The notes under the pieces were generated by a model. It was not told the DNA's origin. It saw only the letters and a program-made list of their open reading frames with translations, and ran no database searches. Below are positions 28,502 through 36,890 of a stretch of DNA of 64,000 nucleotides, one piece after another. The position numbers were made by a program, and so were the translations under genes. The stretch lies in the IMG/VR virus record IMGVR_UViG_3300028840_003717; one strand, 5' to 3'. Position 1 is the stretch's first letter, and each line of letters starts with the position of its first letter. The DNA is from a virus.

Positions 28502-29302
28502 ATGGACTCCACCGTGGTCAACGCGGACTCCGTCCGGCTCATGACGTGGCTGGTGGCCCAGGGCGGAGCTGGCGGGATGGTGGACGCTATCCTGACGGAC
28601 CCCCCCTACAAGCTGTCCAGGCCGGACATGACCAAGCCGGACGGGTCCACGTTGACCAGGGACTACCAGGAGACGGAGGACCCCCTCCCCATCCATGAGC
28701 TGGCCGTGGCCTTTGACCACCTCCTGACCGCGGACGGGTCCGTCCTGGTGTGGTGTGCAGATCACCAGGTGACCACGTGGCTGGAGGCCCTGTCCGATCG
28801 GATGGACAAGGTGATGACGGGGGGCTGGATCAAGACCAACCCGGCCCCCAACATGAGACGGCGGACGTGGACCTCCACCCTGGAGCTGTGGGTGTGGGGA
28901 GCCAGGGGGGACTGGACCTTCAACTGGCCCGGACACCGGGCCGGGTTCAACACGGTGGCCGGCCCCCACCTGGCGTCCGGTGAGGCGGAGTATACGGGCC
29001 ACCCAAACCAGAAGCCCCTGGCCATCGTGGAGCCTCACGTCCGGGTGATGACCCGGCCGGGTGACCTGGTCCTGGACCCGTTCGCTGGGTCCGGGTCCTA
29101 CGTGGTGGCGGCCCACAGGATGGGCCGGAGGGCTGTGGGATTCGAGCTGGACGCGGACAGGGCCAAGGTGGCCCAGGACAGACTCCGGTCCGTGGTCCCC
29201 CAGGAGGAGTTGTTCCGGGAGGCGGAGCCCCCCAGGAGGCGGCCCTCCAAGCGGGACCAGGCGGACCTGTTCCAGGACATGACAGAGGGAGGTAGAGGAT
29301 GA
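28502..29302 (+). CDS. DNA methyltransferase, N6-A/N4-C beta class
   Basis: ILTDPPY precedes HPNQKP and LVLDPFAGSGS. Confidence 0.9.
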   Translation: MDSTVVNADSVRLMTWLVAQGGAGGMVDAILTDPPYKLSRPDMTKPDGSTLTRDYQETEDPLPIHELAVAFDHLLTADGSVLVWCADHQVTTWLEALSDRMDKVMTGGWIKTNPAPNMRRRTWTSTLELWVWGARGDWTFNWPGHRAGFNTVAGPHLASGEAEYTGHPNQKPLAIVEPHVRVMTRPGDLVLDPFAGSGSYVVAAHRMGRRAVGFELDADRAKVAQDRLRSVVPQEELFREAEPPRRRPSKRDQADLFQDMTEGGRG

Positions 29303-29988
29303 CCAAGCAAGCGGACGGTGGACTGGCCTCCGGGCCAGGACCACGTGGGAAGTGTCGCCGGTGCAAGCCGGAGGACCTGGACATGGAGCCGGCCTGGGGA
29401 CGTGTCTCCCCTCCGCCGGAGGTGGCCAAGGTGTTCCGGCGGATCAAGGCCGTCATGGCGGAACAGGGACAGGTGGTCCCCATCACCGTCAGAACCAAGC
29501 CGGACGGGTCCGGCTATGACGTCCTGGACCCGGACGGCCAGCTCCGGCTGAAGGCCGCGGAGGAGCTGGGGTGGGACCAGGTGGACGTCTACCTGGTCCA
29601 GGGGGAGGTCACGGACCTGGAGGCCAGGGAGCTGGCGATCGGCCTCATCGGGGCCAGGGCGGACGCGGACAAGAAGCTGTTGGCCACGGCCCTGGAGTCC
29701 CTGTTGGACGCCTACGATGAGGACCCGGATGAGATCGCCAGGCTGGCCAGGGTCCTCCCGTTCCGGTCCAAGGACCTGGCCAAGGTGGTCAAGCGTCTCC
29801 GGGGGGAGACCAAGGCCCACACCACGAAGAAGGCCAGCCACGTGGACCTCCGGTTCCGGCTCCCTCCGGACGCGGCCAAGGTGGTTGGGGAGGCCGTGGA
29901 CCACGTGGTGGCCAACAATGAGGGGGTGAGCCGGGACCGGGCCGTGGAGCTGATCGCGGCGGACTACATGGCCGGGGTGACGTCATGA
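29299..29988 (+). CDS. ParB/Srx N-terminal domain protein
   Basis: VPITVR..YDVL..DGQLRLKAAEELGWDQVDV; follows the methylase. Confidence 0.75.
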   Translation: MTKQADGGLASGPGPRGKCRRCKPEDLDMEPAWGRVSPPPEVAKVFRRIKAVMAEQGQVVPITVRTKPDGSGYDVLDPDGQLRLKAAEELGWDQVDVYLVQGEVTDLEARELAIGLIGARADADKKLLATALESLLDAYDEDPDEIARLARVLPFRSKDLAKVVKRLRGETKAHTTKKASHVDLRFRLPPDAAKVVGEAVDHVVANNEGVSRDRAVELIAADYMAGVTS

Positions 29989-30329
29989 TCATGGTCCACC
30001 TCATCGTCCAGCTCCACCACGGCCATGAGCTGGACGCCTACGTCCCGTGGCCGGGGACGGAGGTCCCGTCCCCCAGGGAGCTGGCGGCCCAGGTGATGGA
30101 GGGTGACCTGGAGGGGTTCCGCCTGGGGGCGGAGGGGATGGCCCCGTCCAGGATCACGTGGGACCCCCATGAGGCCGTTTCCACCGTGACGGAGCTGTCC
30201 ACCCTGGAGGTCCCGGACGGGGTGGTCACCAGGGAGGGGATCGTGTGTCAGGAGTGTGGGACTCCGGCCGTCATGGGCCTGGAGTGTGGGGAGTGTGGGA
30301 CCCTGGTGTCCGGGGAGCCTCCCCGATGA
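29985..30329 (+). CDS. Hypothetical protein with C-terminal zinc ribbon
   Basis: CQEC..CGEC. Confidence 0.6.
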   Translation: MIMVHLIVQLHHGHELDAYVPWPGTEVPSPRELAAQVMEGDLEGFRLGAEGMAPSRITWDPHEAVSTVTELSTLEVPDGVVTREGIVCQECGTPAVMGLECGECGTLVSGEPPR

Positions 30330-30418
30330 CGGCCCGGGAGCTGGCGGCGGAGGTCCTTGGTGGCCTCCTCCTCATGGGTGGCCTGGTGGCCGTGGTGTGG
30401 GGGGTGTTCGCGCTATGA
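30326..30418 (+). CDS. 30-aa membrane peptide
   Basis: MTARELAAEVLGGLLLMGGLVAVVWGVFAL; ATGA overlaps at both ends. Confidence 0.5.
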   Translation: MTARELAAEVLGGLLLMGGLVAVVWGVFAL

Positions 30419-30828
30419 GACGGCGGGACCCTGGGCCGGTCATCCTGGAGGGCCTTGGCCCCGTGGACGTGTGTGGCCTGTGTGAGGCCCCACGGCCACG
30501 GTGTCACTGTGTGGTGAGCCGGGGGAAGGCCCTGGCCAAGGTGGCCCCCAGGTGGAGGTCCCGCCACTATCTCACGTTCATCCGTGGGCTCCCCTGTAGC
30601 GTGGAGGACTGTTCCACCGGAGCCCACATTGAGGCGGCCCATTTCGGTCCAAGGGCCGCGGGACGAAAGGTCCATGACTTCCTGGCGATCCCTCTATGCC
30701 GTGTCCATCACGGGGAGGCTCACCAGGAGGGGAGGGCCTGGAGACACTATCCGTCCATCAACCTGTGGCAACTGAGGACCATGGCGGCGGCCATCGTCTC
30801 CGGGGCCTTGGTGTGTTCCAAGGGATGA
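30415..30828 (+). CDS. DUF968-like / HNH-related zinc-binding protein
   Basis: YLTFIRGLPCSV..EAAHF..KVHDFLAIPLCRVHHGEAH. Confidence 0.7.
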   Translation: MRRRDPGPVILEGLGPVDVCGLCEAPRPRCHCVVSRGKALAKVAPRWRSRHYLTFIRGLPCSVEDCSTGAHIEAAHFGPRAAGRKVHDFLAIPLCRVHHGEAHQEGRAWRHYPSINLWQLRTMAAAIVSGALVCSKG

Positions 30829-30859
30829 CCGGACGGGACAAGGTAGAGGGAGGAGCAAC

Positions 30860-31327
30860 ATGAGCCTGATCGTGACGGACAAGCTGACGAAAAAGGACCT
30901 CCTGGCCCACCGGCCGGACGTCTATCTCATCGCGGTGGATAGCCTGGAGCGGGACGTGGGTGAGGTGGCCCAACAGCTCCAGGCCGTCCTGGACATCCGC
31001 AAGGAACGCAAGCGGCCCAAGGTGGTGGCCATGACGTTCACCGGGTTCGATGAGGACCACAGGGAGCTGGACGCTATCCCGGAGGTGGGGGCTTGGTGTC
31101 GCCGGTTCCTGGACTCCGTCACCAGCTCCACCCTCATGGCCCTCACCGATGAGCGGCGGCCCCCCATGAACCCGTTCCACCGGGAGGCCCTGGCCGGGGC
31201 CATCGGACGGGCCAAGTTCGTGGCCCTGGCCGGCTATGGGAAACGGGACGGCCACCACCTGGCCCTCACCGTGGAGGGGGTCATGGTCCTGGAGGCCCTG
31301 GCCGGTCATCACCAGGGCCGATCGTGA
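30860..31327 (+). CDS. Hypothetical protein
   Basis: AGGTAGAG plus SD; typical codon usage. Confidence 0.65.
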   Translation: MSLIVTDKLTKKDLLAHRPDVYLIAVDSLERDVGEVAQQLQAVLDIRKERKRPKVVAMTFTGFDEDHRELDAIPEVGAWCRRFLDSVTSSTLMALTDERRPPMNPFHREALAGAIGRAKFVALAGYGKRDGHHLALTVEGVMVLEALAGHHQGRS

Positions 31328-31560
31328 TGGAGGAGATGAGGACAGGCTGTTGGTGGTGTGGACGGCGGACGTCCATGTCACTCCCGGCCTACCTGGACGG
31401 CCAGCTCATCTCCGTGGACCTGTGTCCCCGGTGTGAGCTGGTGACCCGGGAGATCCGGAGGCGGCCCACCGTGGACGCCCTGGACCTCCGTGACGCCCTG
31501 GCCGTGGAGGGGGAGCCGGAGCCGGCCTCCCTGACCGCGGACCTGGGCCTGGACCTGTAG
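31324..31560 (+). CDS. Small hypothetical zinc-ribbon protein
   Basis: CWWC..CPRC. Confidence 0.5.
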   Translation: MMEEMRTGCWWCGRRTSMSLPAYLDGQLISVDLCPRCELVTREIRRRPTVDALDLRDALAVEGEPEPASLTADLGLDL

Positions 31561-31685
31561 ACCGGACCCGTGGGCCTCCCCAGGGAGGTCCCCAAGGCCG
31601 TCACCCCGGGGTTCCCCCCCACCCTGGACGCGGTCCTGGGGGCCTCCCTGGGGGAGCCCACGGGCCGGAGGTAGAGGAGCCAACC

Positions 31686-31931
31686 ATGGCAACCATGACG
31701 GACGGACAGGAGACGGTGAGGCCCCGGGACAAGCTCCCCAAGGTTGAGCTGGTCCTGTGTGGTGAGGATGGGAACGGGGCGGCCATCATCGGCCGGTTCA
31801 GGCGGAACGCCAGGAGGGCCGGCTGGACCACGGAGGAGGTCAACTGGTTCACCAGGACGGCCACGTCCGGGAGCTATGAGGACCTGTTGGCCCTGGTGAT
31901 GGACCTGTCCGATGAGCCGGAGGGGTGGTGA
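31686..31931 (+). CDS. Small hypothetical protein
   Basis: L.GEDGNGAAIIGR..ARRAGW..SGSYEDLL resembles a common small phage protein. Confidence 0.65.
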   Translation: MATMTDGQETVRPRDKLPKVELVLCGEDGNGAAIIGRFRRNARRAGWTTEEVNWFTRTATSGSYEDLLALVMDLSDEPEGW

Positions 31932-31935
31932 GGTC

Positions 31936-32838
31936 ATGACCTATTTCTCCAACGGGACGGAGGGGGACTTGTGGGAGGACCACAACTGTCCAGGCTGTGT
32001 CCACCACCAGGCGGAGGCCGGCTGTCCGGTCCTGGTGGCCCACCTCATCGGCAACCATGATCAACACGGTGAGGACCCCAAGGCCAAGGTGGTCAAGGAC
32101 GTCCTGGACACCCTCATCCCCAGGGAGGGGGTCTACTCCGGCCCCTGTTCCATGAGGGTCCCTGTGGACGGACGTGAGGCCCAGGCGGCCATGGTCCTGG
32201 CCCAGGAGGAGCTGGTCATCAAGACCAGGGAGGCCGGGTGGCTCCGCCGGAGGCTGGACAACGCGGAGGCGGAGGACAGGGCGGCGGAGCTGGCCCAGGC
32301 CGGGGAGGACCCCGGGGACATCCCCATCACCCTCCGCCAGCTCCAGGACAGTCAAGCCAGGTGGAGCCAGCTCCGTCACACGGAGGAGGCCAGGCGGAAC
32401 CACTCCGCCAGGCTCCACCACCTCCAGGAGGAGCTGGGGGAGCTGGCCAGGGTGGACCGGTGGGAGGCGGATGACCTGGACGGCCGGCTGGACAGGGCGG
32501 CCATGGACCACTCCCGGCGGGACGCGATCGGGGACGTGGCCATCCTCCTGGCGGCCTATTGCACGGCCCGGGGGCTGGACCTGGAGGCGGCCGTCCACCA
32601 GGCCATCCGGGTCATCCGGGAGCGGCCGGAGCTGGAGCCCAGGCCCAGCCTCCCGGCCTCCTGGATCAAGGGCTCCAACCCGGCCTCCACACCGGAGGCC
32701 GGTGGAGATAGGGCGGAGGCCGGACCACGTGGTGACGGGGAGGTGGACGGTGGGGATGGTGACGGGGGACGGGGAGGATGGGCGGACGTGGTCCGGTCCC
32801 TGTCCGTTGACGCGGACGGGGACGATGGGGAAGGGTGA
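31936..32838 (+). CDS. Hypothetical protein (N-terminal Cys motif; MazG-like DAIGDVAILL segment possible)
   Basis: CPGCVH..CPV; RRDAIGDVAILLAAYCTARGLDLEAAV. Confidence 0.55.
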   Translation: MTYFSNGTEGDLWEDHNCPGCVHHQAEAGCPVLVAHLIGNHDQHGEDPKAKVVKDVLDTLIPREGVYSGPCSMRVPVDGREAQAAMVLAQEELVIKTREAGWLRRRLDNAEAEDRAAELAQAGEDPGDIPITLRQLQDSQARWSQLRHTEEARRNHSARLHHLQEELGELARVDRWEADDLDGRLDRAAMDHSRRDAIGDVAILLAAYCTARGLDLEAAVHQAIRVIRERPELEPRPSLPASWIKGSNPASTPEAGGDRAEAGPRGDGEVDGGDGDGGRGGWADVVRSLSVDADGDDGEG

Positions 32839-33034
32839 CCAGCTCACCCTCCTCCAGGATGACCCTCCGTGGGATCGGACGTGGGGGGTGAGGACCAGGC
32901 TCCCGGAGCGATTCGGTGAGCTATGCCGGGTCCTGGCCAAGGGTGGACGACAGACGGCCCTGGTGGAATTCAGGGACGGGTTCAAGGTCCTGACCTCCTG
33001 GCGATACACCAGGCTGATCAAGGACCGGAGGTAG
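32825..33034 (+). CDS. Small hypothetical protein
   Basis: RFGELCRVLAKGGRQTALVEFRDGFKVLTS; its TAG is part of the AGGTAGAG motif. Confidence 0.55.
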   Translation: MGKGDQLTLLQDDPPWDRTWGVRTRLPERFGELCRVLAKGGRQTALVEFRDGFKVLTSWRYTRLIKDRR

Positions 33035-33038
33035 AGAC

Positions 33039-33242
33039 ATGGCGGAGCGTATGACCAAGGCGGAGCTGGTCCGGAACATCCGGACAGCCGGGACGGACCT
33101 CCAGGCAGTCATCCGCCGGCTGGACAAGGGGGACCCCAACAGGGTGTCCCTCAAAGCGATCAGGGCCAGGCTGTTGGACGCGGCCGTGGTGGCGGAGCTG
33201 GACACGGAACCCCCGGTCCAGGAGGGGGGGTCCCATGGGTGA
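33039..33242 (+). CDS. Small hypothetical protein
   Basis: GGAGGTAGAGACATG start context. Confidence 0.65.
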   Translation: MAERMTKAELVRNIRTAGTDLQAVIRRLDKGDPNRVSLKAIRARLLDAAVVAELDTEPPVQEGGSHG

Positions 33243-35025
33243 CCCTACCAGGACAGACCAGGAGGACCCGGGGATGGCCCCGGCCAGGTGTGGCCGGTGT
33301 GGCTGTTCTTGCAACGTCCGGGACATCATCCCGGTGTGTCGTGGCTGTGTGAGCCGGTGGGACCAGGAGACCCGTGGCCTCCTCCGTGACCTGGACCACA
33401 CCAGGGCGGCCCTCCGGTCCGCGGACGATGAGCTGGAGCCCCTACGGGAGCGGCTGGCCCTGAAAGAGCTACAGGCGGAGGCCATCGCGGCCAAGCTGGA
33501 CCAGGTCCTCACCGGCCAACACCAACAGGTGGCGGCCCTCATGGACCAGCTCCGGGAGGCGGAGGCCAGGGCCACCAAGGCGGAGGAGGAGCTGGCCACG
33601 TGGACGGGGAGCCACCAGGGACAGGCCGTGGCCAAGCTCCGGACGGAGCTGGACCGTCACCGGGAGGCCGTGTCCCTCCCGGACAAGGCGGCCCAGCGGG
33701 ATCTGGTGGAGCGGACAGGCCAGCTCCGGGACGCCAGGGCCAGGGTCAACAGCCTGGAGGCGGAGGTGGCTACCCTCAAAGGCCAGGCCCCGGAGGGTGG
33801 GGACACCATGGTCATCCACGTCCAGGAGATGGACCGTCTCCAGGACAAGCTCCGGGCCTACAAGGTCCACGTGGAGGAGATGGAGGGCCGGCTGGCGGCC
33901 ACGGAGTCCAAGCTACGCCAGGCGGAGGCCACCAGGGACCGCCACCACCAGGACCGGATGGCCCTCCAACGGGACAGGGACGGCCACGGTGAGGAGGCCG
34001 GACGTCTCCGGGTGGAGCTGGGCCGTGTCCAGGAGGAGGAGGAGGAGGCCCGGGACAACCTGGCGGCCATCGGCCGGGAGCTGGGCCTGGAGGACCCCAA
34101 GGACATGGAGGCCATCCACCGGGCCATCCACCAGCTCCAGGAGGAGGCGGAGTCCGGGGCGGCCCAGCTCCACCGGACGCGGGAGGCCATCGTGGACAAG
34201 CTGTCCGTGGACTCACCGGCCCACGTGGTCCTCCGTGACGGAGCCCTCCTGGAAGAGGTGGTGGCGGCCGTGGTCAAGGACCTGGAGGTGGTCCGATCCA
34301 GGGAGGCCACCGTCCACACCAGGCGGACGGAGGCTGAGGTGGACCGGGGCCTCATCCTGGAGCAACTGAACGCCATTGGAAGGGAGCTGTCCGTCTCCGA
34401 GCCCATCACCCCCAAGGGGATTGTCAGCAACATCCACCAGCTCCAGGGGGAGGTGGACGCCCTGGTGGCGGACCTCCGCCGGGTGAGGGCTGACCGTGAC
34501 AGCCAACAGGACCAAGCCCAGGTGGCCGTCCACGCCCTGACCAGGCTGGCCTTGTCCGGCTATCTCCATGAGGAGGTCCTGGAGGACTGTGGCTGTGAGG
34601 ATTGCCAGGAGGCCCTGGCCAAGCTCCGGGAGCTGGGATACCTCCGGGCCGTGGCGGAGACGGAGGAGGCCATTGAGGATCCGGAGCTGGTGGACCGTAT
34701 TGAGGGCCACCTGTCCAGGCGGCCCAAGGTCAAGGACCTCCGGGCCGGTGGGGCCATACCGTCTCCGGTTGTCCCGCCGGGGTGGAAGGCCAAGTGTTTC
34801 AACGCGGACGTCCGTGTCCCGGTGGAGGACCTGGACGGAGTGAGGCGGACCGGCGGCCTGGACCACGGCGGCCGTGAGTCCATCGGCCGGATGACAGGAC
34901 CGGACCGTGGTGAGCTGGAGCGGACGCGGACCTGTTCCTGTGACGGGGACACCGTGTGTGACCTGTGCCGATCACAGGGCCACCCCATCCCCAGGAGGGA
35001 GGCGGACGATGAGGGAACGGAGTGA
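33235..35025 (+). CDS. Large coiled-coil protein with terminal Cys clusters
   Basis: Heptad-rich core; CGRC..CRGC at the N-terminus, CSC..CDLC at the C-terminus. Confidence 0.7.
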   Translation: MGDPTRTDQEDPGMAPARCGRCGCSCNVRDIIPVCRGCVSRWDQETRGLLRDLDHTRAALRSADDELEPLRERLALKELQAEAIAAKLDQVLTGQHQQVAALMDQLREAEARATKAEEELATWTGSHQGQAVAKLRTELDRHREAVSLPDKAAQRDLVERTGQLRDARARVNSLEAEVATLKGQAPEGGDTMVIHVQEMDRLQDKLRAYKVHVEEMEGRLAATESKLRQAEATRDRHHQDRMALQRDRDGHGEEAGRLRVELGRVQEEEEEARDNLAAIGRELGLEDPKDMEAIHRAIHQLQEEAESGAAQLHRTREAIVDKLSVDSPAHVVLRDGALLEEVVAAVVKDLEVVRSREATVHTRRTEAEVDRGLILEQLNAIGRELSVSEPITPKGIVSNIHQLQGEVDALVADLRRVRADRDSQQDQAQVAVHALTRLALSGYLHEEVLEDCGCEDCQEALAKLRELGYLRAVAETEEAIEDPELVDRIEGHLSRRPKVKDLRAGGAIPSPVVPPGWKAKCFNADVRVPVEDLDGVRRTGGLDHGGRESIGRMTGPDRGELERTRTCSCDGDTVCDLCRSQGHPIPRREADDEGTE

Positions 35026-35353
35026 GGGCCACGGCGGAGCTGTGGTGGAGCTGGACGTGGTGGTCTACCTCCCGGTGACGGTGAGGGTGGAGGCCATGTG
35101 GAGCCAGGCCCAGGAGGTGGCGGAGGTCCATGAGGCCACCCCCCTGTCCGTCCCGGCCATCACCCCGGAGGGCCTGACGGAGGCCATGGGGGAGGAGGGC
35201 CAGGCGGACCTGGACGGACGGGTCCTGGCGGCCCTGTGGCGGAGGCCGGCTCCACCGTGGCCCTGTGGCCGGTGTGGTGAGCTGACCAGCCGGATCGGAT
35301 CGGAGGGCTCCCCGGAGTGTCCGGGGTGTGACGGACAGGAGGTGGGCCTATGA
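35009..35353 (+). CDS. Hypothetical protein with C-terminal zinc ribbon
   Basis: CGRC..CPGC. Confidence 0.55.
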   Translation: MRERSEGHGGAVVELDVVVYLPVTVRVEAMWSQAQEVAEVHEATPLSVPAITPEGLTEAMGEEGQADLDGRVLAALWRRPAPPWPCGRCGELTSRIGSEGSPECPGCDGQEVGL

Positions 35354-36078
35354 CACGGAGGCGGAACAGGCGGAGGAGGCGGACGGTGTCCTCCACCCGA
35401 TCAATCGGAGGCTATAAGCCAAGGGCCAAGGCGGAGCCCATGGAGGTCAAGCTGGTGTGTCCGGCTTGCAAGTGGAGGGACCCGGGGACCGTCAAGCTGG
35501 ACGGCCGGGTTTTTGGCTGTCCCCGGTGTGGGACCCGGGTTTTCGGGTGGGACGGGACCCCGGTCTATCTCCACGGGGGCCAACGGGGCCTGGAGGTGGG
35601 GAGCTACCTCCTCCCCCCGGACGTCACCAAGGCCAAGGGGACCATCCGTGAACAGGCTGTCCGGATGGGCCTGGCCACGGACGGGGTGTCCCGTGGGGAC
35701 CGGGTCTACATGACCACCCGGTGGGAGGCGGCTGTCCTCTACGCGGCCCTCCACCCCAGCCTGGGCCAGGTCTACGTGGTCACCCCGGAGGGTGAGCTGG
35801 AGGAGGACCCGGACTGTAACGAGGGGGGGATCAGCTACCAGGCCCCCAAGGCCCTCATCACCAGGGCCGTGGACCTCCACCCCAGGGAGGTCATGGCGGC
35901 CATCAAGACGATGGAACACTACGGGGTGGCGTTCGGCCACCAGGCGGAGGAGACGGATGACGGACAAGGACAAGCGGACGGACCGGCGGCGGAGGTCCCG
36001 GCCAAGCTCACAGCGGAAGGCCCCACCCACCAAGGGGAGGCCCGTCCTGGACCAGGTGATGGAGGCCAAGCCGGATGA
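35350..36078 (+). CDS. Zinc ribbon plus Arr-like (rifampin ADP-ribosyltransferase family) domain
   Basis: YLHGGQRGLEVGSYLLPP..VYMTT..AA..A..VYVVTPEGELEEDPD..SY parallels Arr motifs FxHGTKAxLxxGD, xYFT, xYxVEPxGxxExDPN, SY. Confidence 0.7.
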   Translation: MTRRRNRRRRRTVSSTRSIGGYKPRAKAEPMEVKLVCPACKWRDPGTVKLDGRVFGCPRCGTRVFGWDGTPVYLHGGQRGLEVGSYLLPPDVTKAKGTIREQAVRMGLATDGVSRGDRVYMTTRWEAAVLYAALHPSLGQVYVVTPEGELEEDPDCNEGGISYQAPKALITRAVDLHPREVMAAIKTMEHYGVAFGHQAEETDDGQGQADGPAAEVPAKLTAEGPTHQGEARPGPGDGGQAG

Positions 36079-36406
36079 GGCCGTGGGGATGGCCCTGGCG
36101 GCCATCCTCCCCCACGTGACCAGGTCCCCCCTCCTCATCGGCCCCGTGGCCACCCTCCTGGCGGCCAGGCTGGTGACGGCCGGGATGGTGGAGCTGGCGG
36201 AGGCCGTTCGGGCCATCGGCCACGTGGAGGTCAGCCTGGCCGGCCTCAGTGAGCTGGCCGTGGCCCTCAACGGCCTGGACGGCCGGCTGGCCTCCATGAC
36301 CCCGGCCAACCTGGCGGAGCTGACGGCGGCCGTCACCAGCCTACGGGACGCGATCAACAGTGGAGCCGGACACGGCCTGGGGGAGCCCAGGGGGCTGGCT
36401 CAATAG
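35957..36406 (+). CDS. Hypothetical protein
   Basis: SD GGAGGAG; typical codon usage. Confidence 0.55.
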   Translation: MTDKDKRTDRRRRSRPSSQRKAPPTKGRPVLDQVMEAKPDEAVGMALAAILPHVTRSPLLIGPVATLLAARLVTAGMVELAEAVRAIGHVEVSLAGLSELAVALNGLDGRLASMTPANLAELTAAVTSLRDAINSGAGHGLGEPRGLAQ

Positions 36407-36419
36407 AGCGGAGGACACG

Positions 36420-36890
36420 ATGGACAAGGTAGAGGCGGAGCCAACCAGGGTGGTGGAGCGGATCAAGGTCTACAACAGTCGGGCCAAGGTGATCGTGGAG
36501 GTGGCCGTCCGGGTGACGGACGGAGGCCGGGACGCGGTGGACCGGTTCGGCACGGTGGACGCCCTGGTCCGCCGGACCGTGGCGGACACGGTCAACAGGG
36601 AGCTGGAGCTGGCCAAGGCGGCCCTGGACGGCTCCGGAGTCAAGCTCCGGTTCGGGACGGCCGTGGTGGAGGAGAAGGCCCTGGACCTCAACGGGACGGA
36701 CTCCCTCCACCGGCTGGCCAGGGAGCTGGGCCGGACCATCATGGACCTCCAGGAGGGGAGGGTCATCCCCGGACACGGTGAGCCTGGCAAGCTCCCCGGA
36801 GTGGACCTGGACTACCGGCCTCGGGTGAGGCTGTGGGCCAACACGGAGGGGGAGGCCCTGGGCTCCGTGGACGTGGAGGTGATCCCATGA
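36420..36890 (+). CDS. Hypothetical protein
   Basis: SD GGAGG; ATGA overlap with the next gene. Confidence 0.6.
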   Translation: MDKVEAEPTRVVERIKVYNSRAKVIVEVAVRVTDGGRDAVDRFGTVDALVRRTVADTVNRELELAKAALDGSGVKLRFGTAVVEEKALDLNGTDSLHRLARELGRTIMDLQEGRVIPGHGEPGKLPGVDLDYRPRVRLWANTEGEALGSVDVEVIP

